A stretch of DNA of 64,000 bases from Felis catus (GCF_018350175.1 NC_058368.1:99202001-99266000); one strand, 5' to 3'. Shown: positions 1 to 13,580, counted from the first letter of the stretch. The notes: generated by a model not told the origin, from the sequence alone. A program made the numbers and translations.

Positions 1-1815
1 CCAATTTCCCCTAACATTTTAGCCCCTTTACTCTTCTTTCCACTATAACTTCACCTTATTCCTGATGTTTACTTCCATTAACTATTGCATAGTTAACCAA
101 TTGTCATGGTCAAGAGTCCTGATGTCACAGCCCTTCCTGTAGCAGGCATAAAAAAAGCAGCAGGATATAAATGGGCACGCAAAGAAACATGAAGCTCCAA
201 CAAGGATGAAAGGAATTGGGTTTTACTCCCTTCATAGCTTAAGGAAAACAAAATATATAATGGAATTTTTTGGTGTGTTTCAGCAAGTAATCTATCAGTT
301 TACATAAATTGTTGGTGATTATAGTCCCTGTGCAAAATCTGTGTGTCCTAATGGAAACAATTTGAACTGATGAAAATGGAAAGATTCTACCCTGATAATG
401 ATGAGACGTAGTTTACAAATGATACCGTAATCCAGAAATTCAGTTGATTCTGAGCCTTTTTCCTAACCAATTGTTGCTAAATGGTTATCTGAAACCTAGT
501 GAACAGGAATGCTGCAAAACGGGGTCAAGTCACTGCACACAGGTTAAGGTTGTGGCTTTTGGCAACAGCGTAGGAAAATGAAGGCAGCCAATATGTTCTT
601 GTTATTTCTCCATGAGTGTAGGAAACCCGTTCCTGGCCATTGTGGTTTCACTTGAGCTGTTTGTATGACACAATTTCCCAGGCTCTCACTCTTTACCAGG
701 AATCCGAGGATCGATATCCGTGCTTACTTTGGCTTCCTTGAGATAGGAGCCAACAAGAAGGAGTGAAACCCAAAATTTGATGATGATCAAGGGCTCTGGG
801 CTCCTTTTTAAGTCACCACTCCACTCATCTTATTCTTTGTGTCTGCTTCCAAAGTTTCCCTTCTCTTTATCCCATGCATCTATTTAATGTGGGGACATAA
901 TGTAGTTTCTCAGAAATAGTGTGTCATCATTGTTTACCAGTGGTCGGATCCCATTGGAGAGCACAAATGTGGGAAGGGCTTAGTTCTGGCTTAGGCTCTA
1001 CCACTAACCTGTGTCATTGTGATCAGGGCCTGTAGACCTTTGGCACCTAGGGAGGCACACAACAAAAAGCAACATATGAGCCTTCTAGACTCTTGTCTGA
1101 CAGACAAACCAACTAATGTGTACACATTTTGTGTTTCCTTTGTGCTCAGCATTTTAATGAAATGGAATGAATAGAAACACTCTTATCATATACTAGGAGC
1201 TGTGAATTTTATTTTTAAGCTGGTACTTTGTGGGCAGCATTTATAATGGCTATCATAAAGCTCCTTGTTTTTGTAAGACCACAGGCAAATGATAATATGA
1301 CCGAGATAAATTAGCCCTTGTACTTTTATCTCTTTAGGACTTAGAGATTTCATCTTTCATATTAGTTCATTTCCCAGGGAAAATAGGGCATTAAAAAGGG
1401 GCAATTGGCAGGAGTTTCATAAGGGGTTTTAACAAATGTTAATGGAAACCAAGAGGGAAGGGTGAATGAGTCCAGTACTAACAGTAGTGGGAAGTTGCTC
1501 CTCTCTGTGGGCTTGTAGAGACTGGAGGGGAGAGCTATCCAATGACTGTGCAGGAGTAGTGACATTTGGAAGAATAACACCTGCTCTGTCAACCTGCTGC
1601 CTTGGCAGGAAGGGAGCTGGGGAATCAGCACCCCAATGGTTCTCTCCTCCCACCCTTTGGTCTGTGGCCAGGAGCTTAATGTTCAAACACAACCAGGCTA
1701 CAATATGAAACAGTCTTTGGTAGTTGTCTGAACAGAACATGGTGAAGATGATTAGAAAAGGGACGTGAGGGGACAAATGGGGAATGATCTATACATCTAT
1801 AAATTGAAGCTTTTA

Positions 1816-2030
1816 TTTTATTTTTATTTTATTTTAATGTTTATTTATTTTTGAGAGACAGAGAGTGAGCATGGGAGGGGCAGAGAGAGAAGGAGACACA
1901 GAATCAGAAGCAGGCTCCAGGCTCTGAGCTGTCAGCACAGAGCCCCACGTGGGGCTTGAACTCACAAACAGAGAGATCATGACATGAGCCAAAGTCAGAG
2001 GCTTAACCTACTGAGCCACCCAGGTGCCCC
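1816..2030 (-). mobile_element. Can-SINE (felid SINEC_Fc type)
   Basis: Reverse complement of GGGGCACCTGGGTGGCTCAG head, (CT)n and A tail; TSD attgaagctttta. Confidence 0.95.
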
Positions 2031-2444
2031 AGTACATTGAAGCTTTTAAATGTAAAGATCTCAAAGTTCCTGCCTGATCCATAATTCTGTCTCTTATTGT
2101 GTATCTATTTGCTACACCTTACATATGTTTATGCGATTTCTTATATGGTCTTCCTTTAGCGTATTAACTATGATTTGCCATTACCATAATGCATTATTGA
2201 AGACATGTTTTGAAACTTTTGTCCTATTTGTGATTTTTTTATATTGCTATCTTCCATGTAATTGAGAGTACTACACTAATATCTTGAACAATACACAAAA
2301 ACTACTATAGTAAAATTGACTTTAGAATTGTCCAGCTTTTTGTTTATGGTCAGAGAATAAACTGAAGATCTGATTCATTCTCTCATAGAATTGTTAAGAT
2401 TGAGGTGTTGTTCTTTTATTTGTTTCTGTAAATCTGTACTGTAC

Positions 2445-2508
2445 TGTGAGATCATGATCTGAGCCAAAACCAAGAGTTGGATGCTTAACTGACTGAGCCA
2501 CCCAGGGG
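2445..2508 (-). mobile_element. Can-SINE 5' fragment
   Basis: gagatcatgatctgagcc...ctgagccacccagg only. Confidence 0.85.
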
Positions 2509-2953
2509 CTGAGTTTTAAATTCCAGGAATCGTAAGAAACATTTATTTGTTTCTAAATTATATAAAAATATATGCATATGTATATATACACATACAGATT
2601 TTATATTACCATATATTGTTTTAAATATATTTAAATATCTACTTACATTGAGATAAATATAAATGTATACTATGTTATCATATATATTACCATATAATTT
2701 ATGTAGTGCCACAGAGACAAACAACATGGAATGTCTGGGGAATGCATAGAGGTATTTTTGTTCCCTCACCATGGATGGGTCTCTATGAGGAGTAGCAGTG
2801 TGAAAAGTGGCAAGAACTACTTGCTATTATTAAAAACCTTATCAAGGAACATGTATCTCTGTGTTACTAGAAAAGATACTGCTGGAAAATTGGAACTCAG
2901 TGCAATGAAATAATGTTTTGAAAATAAAGAATTATGTTTGAAATAGGAAGGAT

Positions 2954-3184
2954 GGAGCGCCTGGGTGGCTTAGTCACTTAAGCATCCAACTCTTGGTTTT
3001 GGCTCAGATCATGATCTCACGGTTTGTGGAATCGAGCCCTGCATTGGGTTCTGTGCTGACAACACGGAGCCTGCTTGGGATTCTCTCTCTCCTTCTCTCA
3101 CTTTGCTCCTCCACCGCTTGTGCTCTCTCTCTCTCTCCTTCTCTCTCTCTCTCCCAAAATAAATAAATAAACTAAAAAAAAAAA
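2954..3184 (+). mobile_element. Can-SINE
   Basis: Head, CT tract, A tail; TSD about gaaatagKaagga. Confidence 0.95.
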
Positions 3185-3231
3185 GAAATAGTAAGGAGGT
3201 ATGAGAATTATAAACATCGATGATGTATTAC

Positions 3232-3419
3232 TGTATTAGCTTGGGTGGCCATAACAAAATCCCACAGACTGAGCCACTTTAACAACAGAAATTTATTTTT
3301 TCACAGTTTTGGAGACAAGAAGTCCATGATCAGTTTGTACATGTAGGCTGTCATTCTGGCTTGTGGATGGCTGACTACCTTCTCTACTTGTCCTCAAATG
3401 GTCTTTCCACTGTACATGG

Positions 3420-3456
<37 letters not shown>

Positions 3457-3537
3457 GGGAGAGGGAGAGAGGGAGGGAGGGAGAGGAAGAAATTGCTCTC
3501 TGGAATCTCTTATAAAGACCTTAACTCTATTGTTAGG
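3232..3537 (-). mobile_element. MaLR LTR (MLT1 family) with internal (CA)n
   Basis: tgtattag...gccataacaaaatcccacagact...aacaacagaaatttatt...tcacagttttggag matches the MLT1 3' end in antisense. Confidence 0.8.
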
Positions 3538-4007
3538 TCTGCTGCTTTTGTTTCTTATGTCTTTTTCCCTCCCCATCTTATATGCTCTCCCAGTCATTGC
3601 CGTATTTTTGATCCCTGCATTTTGTGTGTAAGAGATTGACCAAACTGCATTCCAATTTGCAGTCTTCGGGCAGATGTTAATAACTTTGTTATATACATGA
3701 GCTTTATCCATATCAGAAAGATAAAAAGTAATGTGCTACAATATTGAAATATTTTACTAATCTTATAGTTTTTTAAAAAGTTTTAATCCATTTAAGTACA
3801 ATACCCAAACTAATTTCATACTCATCACTCCCTTATTCACACACGCACACACACACACACATACACACACACGTGGCGTGCACACACACACAAGCATATG
3901 AACCCTCACGATCTCTTTCCACAGTGAAGTGTTTGATGTTAGGCAATCGACTGGACATATTTTTATAAGTCTGTGCTTTATTTCACTTACTTTTATATTT
4001 CCAGTAT

Positions 4008-4748
4008 TTTTTAAAATATAATTTATTGTCAAACTGGCTAACATACAGTGTGTAAAGTATGGTCTTGGTTTTTGGGGTACATTCCCGTGGTTCATCGCTT
4101 ACCTACAACACCCAGTGCTCATCCCAACAAGTGCCCTCCTCAATGCCCATCACCCATTTTCCCCTCTTCCCCACTCCCCCATCCACCCTCAGTTTGTTCT
4201 CTGCATTTAAGAGTCTCTTATGGTTTACCTCCCACCCTCTCTGTTTGTAACTATTTTTTCCCCTTCCCTTCCCCCATGGTCTTCTGTTAAGTATCTCAAG
4301 GTCCACATATTAGTGAAAACACATGATATCTGTCTTTCTCTGATTTATTTCACTTAGCATAATACCTTCCAGTTCCATCTGTGTCTGCAAATGGCATGAT
4401 TTCATTCTTTCTCATTACCAAGTAGTATTTCATTGTATATATAAACCACAACTTCTTTATCCATTCGTCAGTTGATGGACATTTAGGCTCTTTCCATAAT
4501 TTGGCTAGTGTTGAAAGTGCAACATTGGGATACAAGTGCCCCTATGCATCAGCACTCCTGTATCCTTTGGATAAATTCCTAGTAGTGCTGTTGCTGGCTC
4601 TTGGGGTAGTTCTATTTTTAATTTTGAGCAACTCCACACTGCTTTCCAGAGCGGCTACACCAATTTGCATTCCCACTGACAGTGCAAGAGGATTCCCATT
4701 TCTCCACATCCTCTCCAGCATCTATAGTCTCCTGATTTGCTCATTTTT
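4008..4748 (-). mobile_element. 5'-truncated felid L1 (ORF2 C-terminus + 3'UTR)
   Basis: ORF 4350-4535 KLWKEPKCPSTDEWIKKLWFIYTMKYY is the L1 ORF2 C-terminus; carnivore L1 3'UTR; flanking tttccagt TSD. Confidence 0.95.
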
Positions 4749-7368
4749 TCCAGTGTTGATATTAGTTTGTCCATTATAATGTTTAATGACTACTGTGGTG
4801 CTGTTCTTTCTTGTTTATAATTTTCTTTATTATCTATCTCTTTTATATTCAGTTTTCCCATTATCCAGCATTTTAGATTTCACACTTTCTTTAAATTAAA
4901 TGTGGGGATGGCAGGGGTGGAATAATACAGATTTTCTAAAATTATCTTCTACTTGCTAGATGAATTCTGCCTCATATTTAAATGCTATCCTTTGCAAAAA
5001 AAAATTTTTTTTTGCTTTCTCTCCTCTTCTCCGCTTTTCCCTTCTCTCTTCTTCCTTTCTTGAATATGATTCCATGGTTCCCATTTACTTTGCTACTCAT
5101 TTTTTATCAGAAGCAACAGATATCTAGACAACTATGTCTGAAAATCATGTGAGTGGGCTGTTTTTGACTAGCTGTTTACCTGGGTTCTGTTTGTGCCTAA
5201 GAGCTTGACTGAAGAATGTCTCTTCTATATTCATTCATTCAGCTGCCTGGGAGCAGAGGAAACAAACACAAATATGGGTAATGGCAGTCTGTGGAATTTT
5301 TCTTTGAGTTTCTCTAAATTATATCAGAATTGGTGAAACATGTCTACTTTTTCCCATTGACACAGAGACACTGGTGGGTGTGCCTTGTCTCCCTTGGGGT
5401 GACATGACAATGAGAACTGAATTAAAATGTGTGTTATTTACTCTTCACCCCAAGATTTCTTATGGTTGGCCACCATCATTTTCATAATATAGGCTGTTTA
5501 CACCGTTTCCTACTCTCTACCTTTATTATTCAACCTCAATTTTCTTCTTTAGGGATCTAGGCCAGTGGTCAAAAATGGTTGGTATATAGCCTGGCAGTCT
5601 TTCCTTTGGTCTTCTACTGACATGTCTTGATGAAATAGGATGAAAACAATTTTTTATCCGATGCCTTCTGTACAACACGCCCATATCCACAATTCTGGTT
5701 CTTCTGTGACAGAAAACATCGGTAGGGTCTTTTGCAATTTCTTCTCACAGACTTTCCCATGCCTTTGAGTATGGGAGTTATTGCTCATGTTTGCTGTCCT
5801 TTTCACTTGGTTCCAAACTCTCACTTGTTCATTTCTGCTATGAGGCTGGAGGCATTCTGCTCAGATGACAGTTTTTACTTTTTCTTCAATTTTATTCAGT
5901 TAAAACGAGGAAAGTTTCATAAACATGCCTATACACTAACTTTTACTCTATTCTCATCTAGGTTTTAACTTCAGTGACATTATTTAGAATCATTCTGTGA
6001 AAAATTCACTCTACTTTTTTTCTGTTGAAAAATAAACCAATAAATCTTAACACCCTTGGTGTTAGCCAGCCCAAGAAGGGAATGCCAGTATATCCAATTT
6101 CTGTTTATAGAAAATACATTGGTCAGAGATATAGCTATAGATTTGAGATATTAAAGGGAAAAAAATAACAACACACACACACACGCATGCATGCACATAC
6201 AAAAGTAATATCTCTAAAGTTACTCTAATTCTGGAAGACTGGAAAGATCATGGGGGTTAGTTACACATCTGAGAAGTGGTAATGAATTCAATTTTTAAAT
6301 ACATTTCTCATTTTCCTGTTCTATAGACTCGTCTCTGGATTCACACACACACACATACACATGCTTACATTAATTTATGTAAATATCTAAATGTATAAAT
6401 ATATGTATGTTTATAAATATATAGTATATATTTATGTTTATATAAATACAACAATTGAGTCACAGGCCCTTTGTTTTCTGATTAGTAGAAGTAGCAAATA
6501 GAGATATTTATGCCATGGTATTTACAGGTGCATTTTGCTACATTACTATCTAATGGAAATTAAAAACTGAACAATTATATTTCTGATTATTGTAGGATGT
6601 CCCATTGGGCATGTTGCATATGGAGAGAATATAAGCCGAAAGAGAGGGTAATAACAAAAATGTTTAAGGATATAGGGATTTCCAGGTCATTTCAAACCAA
6701 TTATTCGCTCAGTTTTAATTTATGTCGTATAGCTGTTACTTTCAACTCAGGGATTCCAGCAGAACTGCAGTCCAGTGAAGGCATGGTGGGAATTTTCAAT
6801 AAAATGTTTGTGATTTGTTTCTGTTGGACCTAGCTATTAAAGCCCATTAAATATTTCGCCCTCTTCTAGATCAGGTTTCCCTACACTTGGACTCAGGAAA
6901 TTTCTGTCTTCAGAATGCCTCAATTTGTATTGTTGGTCAGATCCTGCTGGGAGATTTTTGTACATTGAAAATGTCAGTTGTTAGGATTAATTTTCAACAT
7001 TAACCTAAACAAGTTTAGGAACTGTACCATATGTCAGAAATCTTCACGTTGCTGTGAAGAATGTGGTATTGGAAGCAAATCTAATTTGCTGAGACACCCT
7101 TTGAAAACTGGAGTTTCCACATTTAGCTGTAGACAGTTCCTAATTATGACATGGTGAACCAGTTATAAAAAAATGCAAACTTGCACACAAAGTCTCAACC
7201 ATGGCTCCTCAAACACCACAGTAAAATTGCACTAATTCCTTGTGTATATTTTTTGTCATGTGAACTTGGTTTTTTGATCACCAAGGACTGAATTAGTTTA
7301 GAATTATTAAAATATTTGTATCATATTAAAATTATTTCACTTTATTACTTTGATAGATATGCCACTAA

Positions 7369-7371
7369 TAT

Positions 7372-7402
<31 letters not shown>

Positions 7403-7585
7403 GGAGAGAGAGAGCACAAGCAGGGGAGAGGGGCAGAGAGAGAGAGAGAGAGGGAGACAGGATCTTAGGCAGGCTTCATGCTTAACTCAGAGCCTAACAC
7501 AGGGCTGGATCCTAAGACCTTGGAATCATGACCTGAGCCAAAATCAAGAATCAGGCATTCAAATGACTGAGGCACTCAGGTGCCC
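7369..7585 (-). mobile_element. Can-SINE
   Basis: (TTTA)n tail; TSD gatatgYcRctaa. Confidence 0.93.
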
Positions 7586-7600
7586 TGATATGTCGCTAAG

Positions 7601-7825
7601 TTAAAAATTTTTTTTTTGTTTTGTTTTTAACGTTTATTTATTTTTGAAAGAGAGAGAGGGAGAGAGAGCACAAGCAGGGGAGGGGCAGAGAGAGATGGAA
7701 AATCTGAAGCAGCTTCCAGGTTCTGAGCTGCCAGCACAGAGCCTGACACAGGGCTCGAACCCACCAACTATGAGATCATGACCTGAGCCAGTTGGATGCT
7801 TAATTAACTTAGCCACCCAGGCATC
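7601..7825 (-). mobile_element. Can-SINE
   Basis: Full body, directly adjacent to the previous copy. Confidence 0.95.
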
Positions 7826-8209
7826 TGTCACTAATTTTGAATGACAGCATTTTCTACTTCATCAATATACATTCAACCCTTAATGTGACAACTGCCACAT
7901 AGTAAAAAAGACATACTTGTTGAACAAATGACAACAAATGACTGGAAAACTAAAATGAATGAATTTGGCTAAAAAATATTCTTTATGTTGCTTTTCTCCA
8001 AACATCAAGAAAATTAAAAGGAAAAATATTATACAAAGACATTATAATAAGCATTCAAGTTAAGCAATCTGGTAAGATTTAGAAAATGCTCTACACATTC
8101 AGATAACTGTATTTTTCATAAATATACCTTATAATTCAAGGTAAACATCAGCTTTATGTTTGTTCTCTACTGTTGCAGTATTTTTTTTACCTCAATACCC
8201 AGAATTCAC

Positions 8210-8737
8210 TGTCTCACCATTTCAAAGAATGAAGAGGTAGACACAAAATGAGGAGCAGGCAAAAATTTATTAAGAGTATAAGATTAGAAAGGAAGAATAG
8301 TAGGAAAGCTCTCTTTGCAGAGAGGGGGCACTTTTACAAGGTTCTTGTCCCCCTCCCCCCCATCCTTCCTCCTCGGTCCTTCTCAGGTTCTACCCTTATT
8401 GGCTAACTCTAGGTCTTGGGTTGTCCATTCCTGATTGGCTCGTTCCCATTCTATGAGGGGTAGTGTATGGCCATACTGTTCCTTGTGGGTCATAGGTTTT
8501 ATGGTCTACTTTTTTTAGTCAGGTCTTTTGTCAAAGTCCTGAGGGAACCCTGGCGGGGGTGGGGGGTGGGGGGTGGCAGTAGGTGGTGTCTGTTACATTC
8601 TTAAAAGGAACTTTATGTCCCAAGGGGTTTGCTAGTGTCAAAATCTCCCAGCATTGCTCCCAAATAGGTGTCTTTCCCCACCCAGGACCTCAGGTCCTAA
8701 TCCTTTCCATCGCTGCCTATTTTATCCTATCTTTTCA
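8210..8737 (-). mobile_element. Solo ERV LTR (carnivore type)
   Basis: TG...CA ends, two CCAAT boxes (attgg on + near 8398 and 8434), AATAAA on minus near 8266-8271; TSD not clean. Confidence 0.65.
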
Positions 8738-8773
8738 TATCATACTAGTGGTGCTAAAAGAATATGATGGATA

Positions 8774-8992
8774 GGGGCGCCTGGGTGGCTGGGTCGGTTA
8801 AGCCTCCGACTTCGGCTCAGGTTCATGATCTCACAGTCCATGAGTTGGAGCCCCGCGTCGGGCTCTGTGCTGACTGCTCAGAGCCTGGAGCCTGTTTCAG
8901 ATTCTGTGTCTCCCTCTCTCTCTGCCCCTCCCCTGTTCATGCTCTGTCTCTCTCTGTCTCAAAAATAAATAAACGTTAAAAAAATTTAAAAA
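8774..8992 (+). mobile_element. Can-SINE (fairly young)
   Basis: CpGs retained; TSD aaaagRatatgatggata. Confidence 0.97.
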
Positions 8993-9988
8993 AAAAGGAT
9001 ATGATGGATATAATTAGTTGACTCAACTTGATCATTTTATTAATGAAAATTTAAATGATTGACTCATGAAAGAATGAATAAGTATGCATATTTTTTACTG
9101 ATTATTTTTCCTTTGGAGTTTCCCCTTTACTACTTGGGTTAATAATCGGTTGATTTTATTTCTATTTCTTCAGGCCCTCTCCTCCTTAGTAGGGATAGCA
9201 TTTGCTCTGATGATACATGAAAAGTTAAAATATCTAAAATTAACCATGGCAAAAAGATGATTCAAGTGGATTTCCAGTGTAATTATAATTACCAAAATTG
9301 TGTTTTTCTCATCGATCCATTCTTCTGTCATGTTTTCTTTTAACTTTTGATTAGCTAAGTACCATTTGTAACATTACCTTTTGGCAAGATGAACATGTTC
9401 CAGAGACGGGAAAAACTGCAAATGAGAAAGTCTGTACTATATTTGCACTCTTATAAGAGAGATAATTACCTGAAAATCATAAAATGAGATCCAGTGAATA
9501 CTACTTTTTCATTATTATGACAAGATTTTACCGGGTAATGACCAAAAATCTGTGGTACGATACAGACTGAAAATATTAGTAAAATAAACCACAAAAATAT
9601 AACAGCCATGTGAGGATTTTCGTATCACCTAGTGATACCCTTACCTCTTTCATTTGAACGTGAAAATGCCTATTTTAGGTATTTTTAGTGAAGTAAATAA
9701 TGAACCAAAAATGTAAGTTTTCCAAACCAACAATTTTACTGACTTACTTGATTTGTGCTTTACGTAGTGATATAATAGTATATTTTCTAAAACTGGTAGC
9801 CAGTTAAAGGCTATTAAAAAAAAAAGCTAGAGTATCAAAAAAAGTTTCCATCTTTTAGGAAAAACAAGACTTGGGTCATTAGACTTTAATAGCTTTTAAT
9901 GTCTTGGGACATTGAAACAATTACCACTTGGAGAAGATGATTTAGCTTTACAGCGAAAGCTATTCAGGAGTGGCTAAATAGTTACAAA

Positions 9989-10292
9989 TGTTTTCCAGAT
10001 TTGGTCTGTGAGTTTAATGGCCATCTCCGGACAGATGATCAGCCTTGATATTGGAATTTCCCTGCATGGTATGAGGCTCGTCCTAGAAGAGCAAGCTCAA
10101 TCTTTTGGTGCGATTACCAAATGTAGAAATATTTAACGTTGTGTCTCTGGGTTTGGTCTGAGAGTTAAATGACTTTCTCTGGACAGATGACCACCTTTGA
10201 TGCTAGAATTTCTTTGCATGGTATGAAGCTTGTAGTAGAAAAGCAGGCCAGATAGTTTGGTGCTGTTACCAAATGTAGAAATGTTTAACAAT
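9989..10292. repeat. Two-copy tandem duplication, 152-bp period
   Basis: 10000-10141 vs 10152-10293 align without gaps, about 30 mismatches in 142 by hand. Confidence 0.9.
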
Positions 10293-10651
10293 GTTTAACA
10301 TTGCACATACTCAAAATACAGAAAAGTTCAGAAACTCAATTTGAATTTAGTTAATAAATGTGATGCTAAATCCTTGAAAGGCTAGTTTCAACTTTTTGCC
10401 CTTGATTTATGAGTCTCTCTAAAGTGGAATCATTATGGTTCAGTAAAAATCTGACATCTGGTGTGTTGTTTGGAGAAAGCACTTTATAAAAATTCTGAGC
10501 CTTCTTTCTGTTGTGGTATCCACCCACTAATTTGTCCAAAACATTGACAATACAGTAGCTTTATATAAATTTCACTGAAAATCATGTATCTCTGACATGT
10601 TATATATATCCCAATTCCCAATGCAATATTTTCTTAAGATAAATAATCAGA

Positions 10652-12200
10652 TGCTAGAGATTAAAGGAGAATTGGGGATCATCAGAGGATCCTCCCCCAT
10701 AGGGCCTGAAAAAGCTAATTTAGTACATCAGTAAGCCCAGAACAGAGGCTACCGCAGTAACCGGGTCCACATCCCAAAACTAAACCTAAGTCCACCTGTG
10801 CTGATAGGAAACACCTGTGAAGGAAACCTAACCCATACCAATCACAATCTAACTCAGCTTTAGCTAATTTACCTTTCCAGAGAAAATAAGACCTTACTAG
10901 CCTTATAAGGAAATCCCGACATCCCATGCTAGCCAATCCTGACCCATTTCCGTGTTATCTCAGCTAAACATTCTCCAGAATTTGCTCTTGCCCAAAATCT
11001 CTCGAGAAGAGTGTGCCATTGCTTTTGATACACTGTGTTCTTCCGATCCATGGATTTTTGTCCCTTGAATAAAGGACATTAGACTCGTTACTAAATTGTT
11101 TTAGTTCAGTCATTTGATGGTTTTGGAAACCAGAGAAGACCTTAAGACAGCTGGTGAAGATTTTGGAGGCTGCTCGTCAATGCAGGCAAATCTACCCACA
11201 GAGTCCTGTTGGTTGGCTGCCTCTTTGGCCCCTCTTCTGGATCAACGGTAAGCCTCTCTCTGAGGGAGCTCCACTTATTTTGTGTTGCTGAGCTCTGAAA
11301 GTTTATTTGTCCTAATCCTCCCAGTAGAAGATTGGGATGTGAAAGACTCTAAGGTTTTCACACTGTGATCTGATATGCCACAGAGGAACTAAAACTTTTT
11401 TTTTTTGGGGGGGGGTCTATTAGTACACATGTGGAAGTTTTCCACATTGGAAAACCTGTTATGAGGAATAATATACTTCTAGAAATTACCAAATGTGTTT
11501 TTAATTTTGCCCACGCATAGAACACTAGTATAAAAGTTCACAATTTGCTTGCTTCTGAGTTTTCAACCAGGAATTAGTGATTCTGAAGGTTAATCATTCT
11601 TCTAATCAATATATGTAATTAAAACCACTTAGAAATAATAAGGGTGAGAGGAAACAATGGCACATGAAAAGTAGGTAAGGAAAGGAAAACCATTGTTTTG
11701 GAATGAGAAGAGGAAAAATATAGGACAAAATCTTAATGGCTATCAAAAATATTGTAGAAAGTGTGTGGAAAAAGAGTCTTGGGAAAGGAATTTTATGAGA
11801 GGTTAAACTAAGATTGAATGGATTGAATGGATTTCATTAATGGAATGGATTTAATTAAGTTTTTCTTAAATGAATTAATATCACAAGTACACTGGTATAG
11901 AATTAGAATGTGGTTTTCTTTTTGTTGAAGGGACACATTTCTCTTAGGTTATTGGTCTGCTGTTAATATGAAATTGTAAACAAAGGTTGTTAACTTTTAA
12001 GTACTTTGATTCGACGCCAGTACCAAAATAATTTACTGTGCTACACATTGGATTTCTGAGGTCTCTTCCATTATTTAAGAAAACCCAGCCTTTTCATCGT
12101 TAGAAAAGCTAAGTTGGCTTCACAACTGAGTAACGTTCTGTATTTGTCTCTAACATCTATTGTCATTTTGGTGACTTGAATCCCATGAAAGTCAAAAAGT
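10652..12200 (+). mobile_element. ERV1 (MER34/MER4-group-like) LTR plus internal remnant
   Basis: CCAAT boxes, AATAAA near 11068, LTR end near 11117, PBS-like tggttttggaaacc, donor-like acggtaagc, AT-rich MER4-group-like internal sequence. Confidence 0.7.
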
Positions 12201-12894
12201 GCTTCATTAACTTGTCTCCTAAGGCCCATCTTCCAGCAAATATACCAGTAACATTCAAAGACGAAACTTGGTTCAGAGAGGGGGGAAAAAATACAAAAAA
12301 CAAAACCAACTTTTATATTTGTAAAAGTTGTCTAAACATAAGGAAAAAAATGACCAAGGCCTATAGTGGTCTCGAGTTGTTTGTTGTGAGCCCTGTGGTA
12401 ACTGGCAATGGTAACATGCTCTCTGACAGAGAGTATGTCTGGTGTGCATTCAGAAATTGTAGGGACGGGCCTTCCCCCTTGAGTCTGAGCTCTGAGGACT
12501 GGTGTATGGAACCTGATAGAGGCAACAGGATCAACAGACCCGAAGGAAAACCAGGAAGAGAAATACTCTTATAGGGATAATGGCAGATTTATGGAGTACT
12601 CCATCTTCCCTTGGCCACATGTAACTTCTGGTCCCCACAGTGAGCAGTGGGAGGAACCAAAAAGGAGTCCTTGGAGCTGATGAGAGCAGCGCCTTCTCTC
12701 CCCATTAGTTGCAAGCACTGCTGTGTCCCCCAGATAGAAGCTTGAGAATATGAGAGTAAGTTTTCCTTCTTCAAGGCCATGTGGTAGACCAAGTAAAATG
12801 TTCAGGTATTTCTGTGAACATTTGGTCAGGACTAAATCTTTTGGGGTTGAGTAAGCAGACCAGAGATACTTACTTTTAAACTGCTAAAAGTTTG

Positions 12895-13108
12895 GGGGCG
12901 CCTGGGTGGCTCAGGTGGTTAAGCACCCACCTTCAGCTCAGGTCATGATCTCATGGTGTGTGAGTTCGAGCCCCATGTCCGGCTCTGTGCTGACAGCTCA
13001 GAGCCTGAAGCCTGCTTTGCATTCTGTGTATCCTCCTTTCTCTCTGCCCCGCCCTGCTCACACTTTGTCTCTCTCTCTCTCAAAAATAAACAAACATTAA
13101 AAAAATTT
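12895..13108 (+). mobile_element. Can-SINE
   Basis: Full body; TSD about ttttaaactgYtRaaagtt. Confidence 0.95.
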
Positions 13109-13580
13109 TTTTAAACTGTTGAAAGTTGTAATAGGTTTGAAGGAATGTTTATTGACAAAGAAATAGGGTTTCTGACTTTTAAACATTTGACCACTGATTG
13201 TTTTTTTTTTTTATTGTACTAGGAGACCTTGAGTGATAGACACTAGCTCTACATTTTTATGAAGTATAGATTAATTATTTACTATATTGAAATGTCCTCT
13301 TCCAGAAGAAGTTATTAGTAATCTTGGTATAATGTGTGTATGTGTGTGTTTTCTTATGCTGAAAAAGCTCTTTACTCAAAGTTCAATCCAAATTTCTACC
13401 TAATTCTCATGTAGCCTGCTAGTGAAAACAGTGAAGAAGAGAATTGAGCAAAAGTACTGCATGCATTGAGTTTGATAAGGGAATATACTATATTTAGCGG
13501 TTCCATTCCTAAATGTTTAAATTTTAAACTTAAAAATATTAACTGGAAAATAAACAAGTAAAAATTCTCCCCCACCCCCT

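Noticed and set aside
12176..12574. 132-aa ORF
   Set aside because: TTG start, no recognisable domain, no splice support, adjoins ERV debris.
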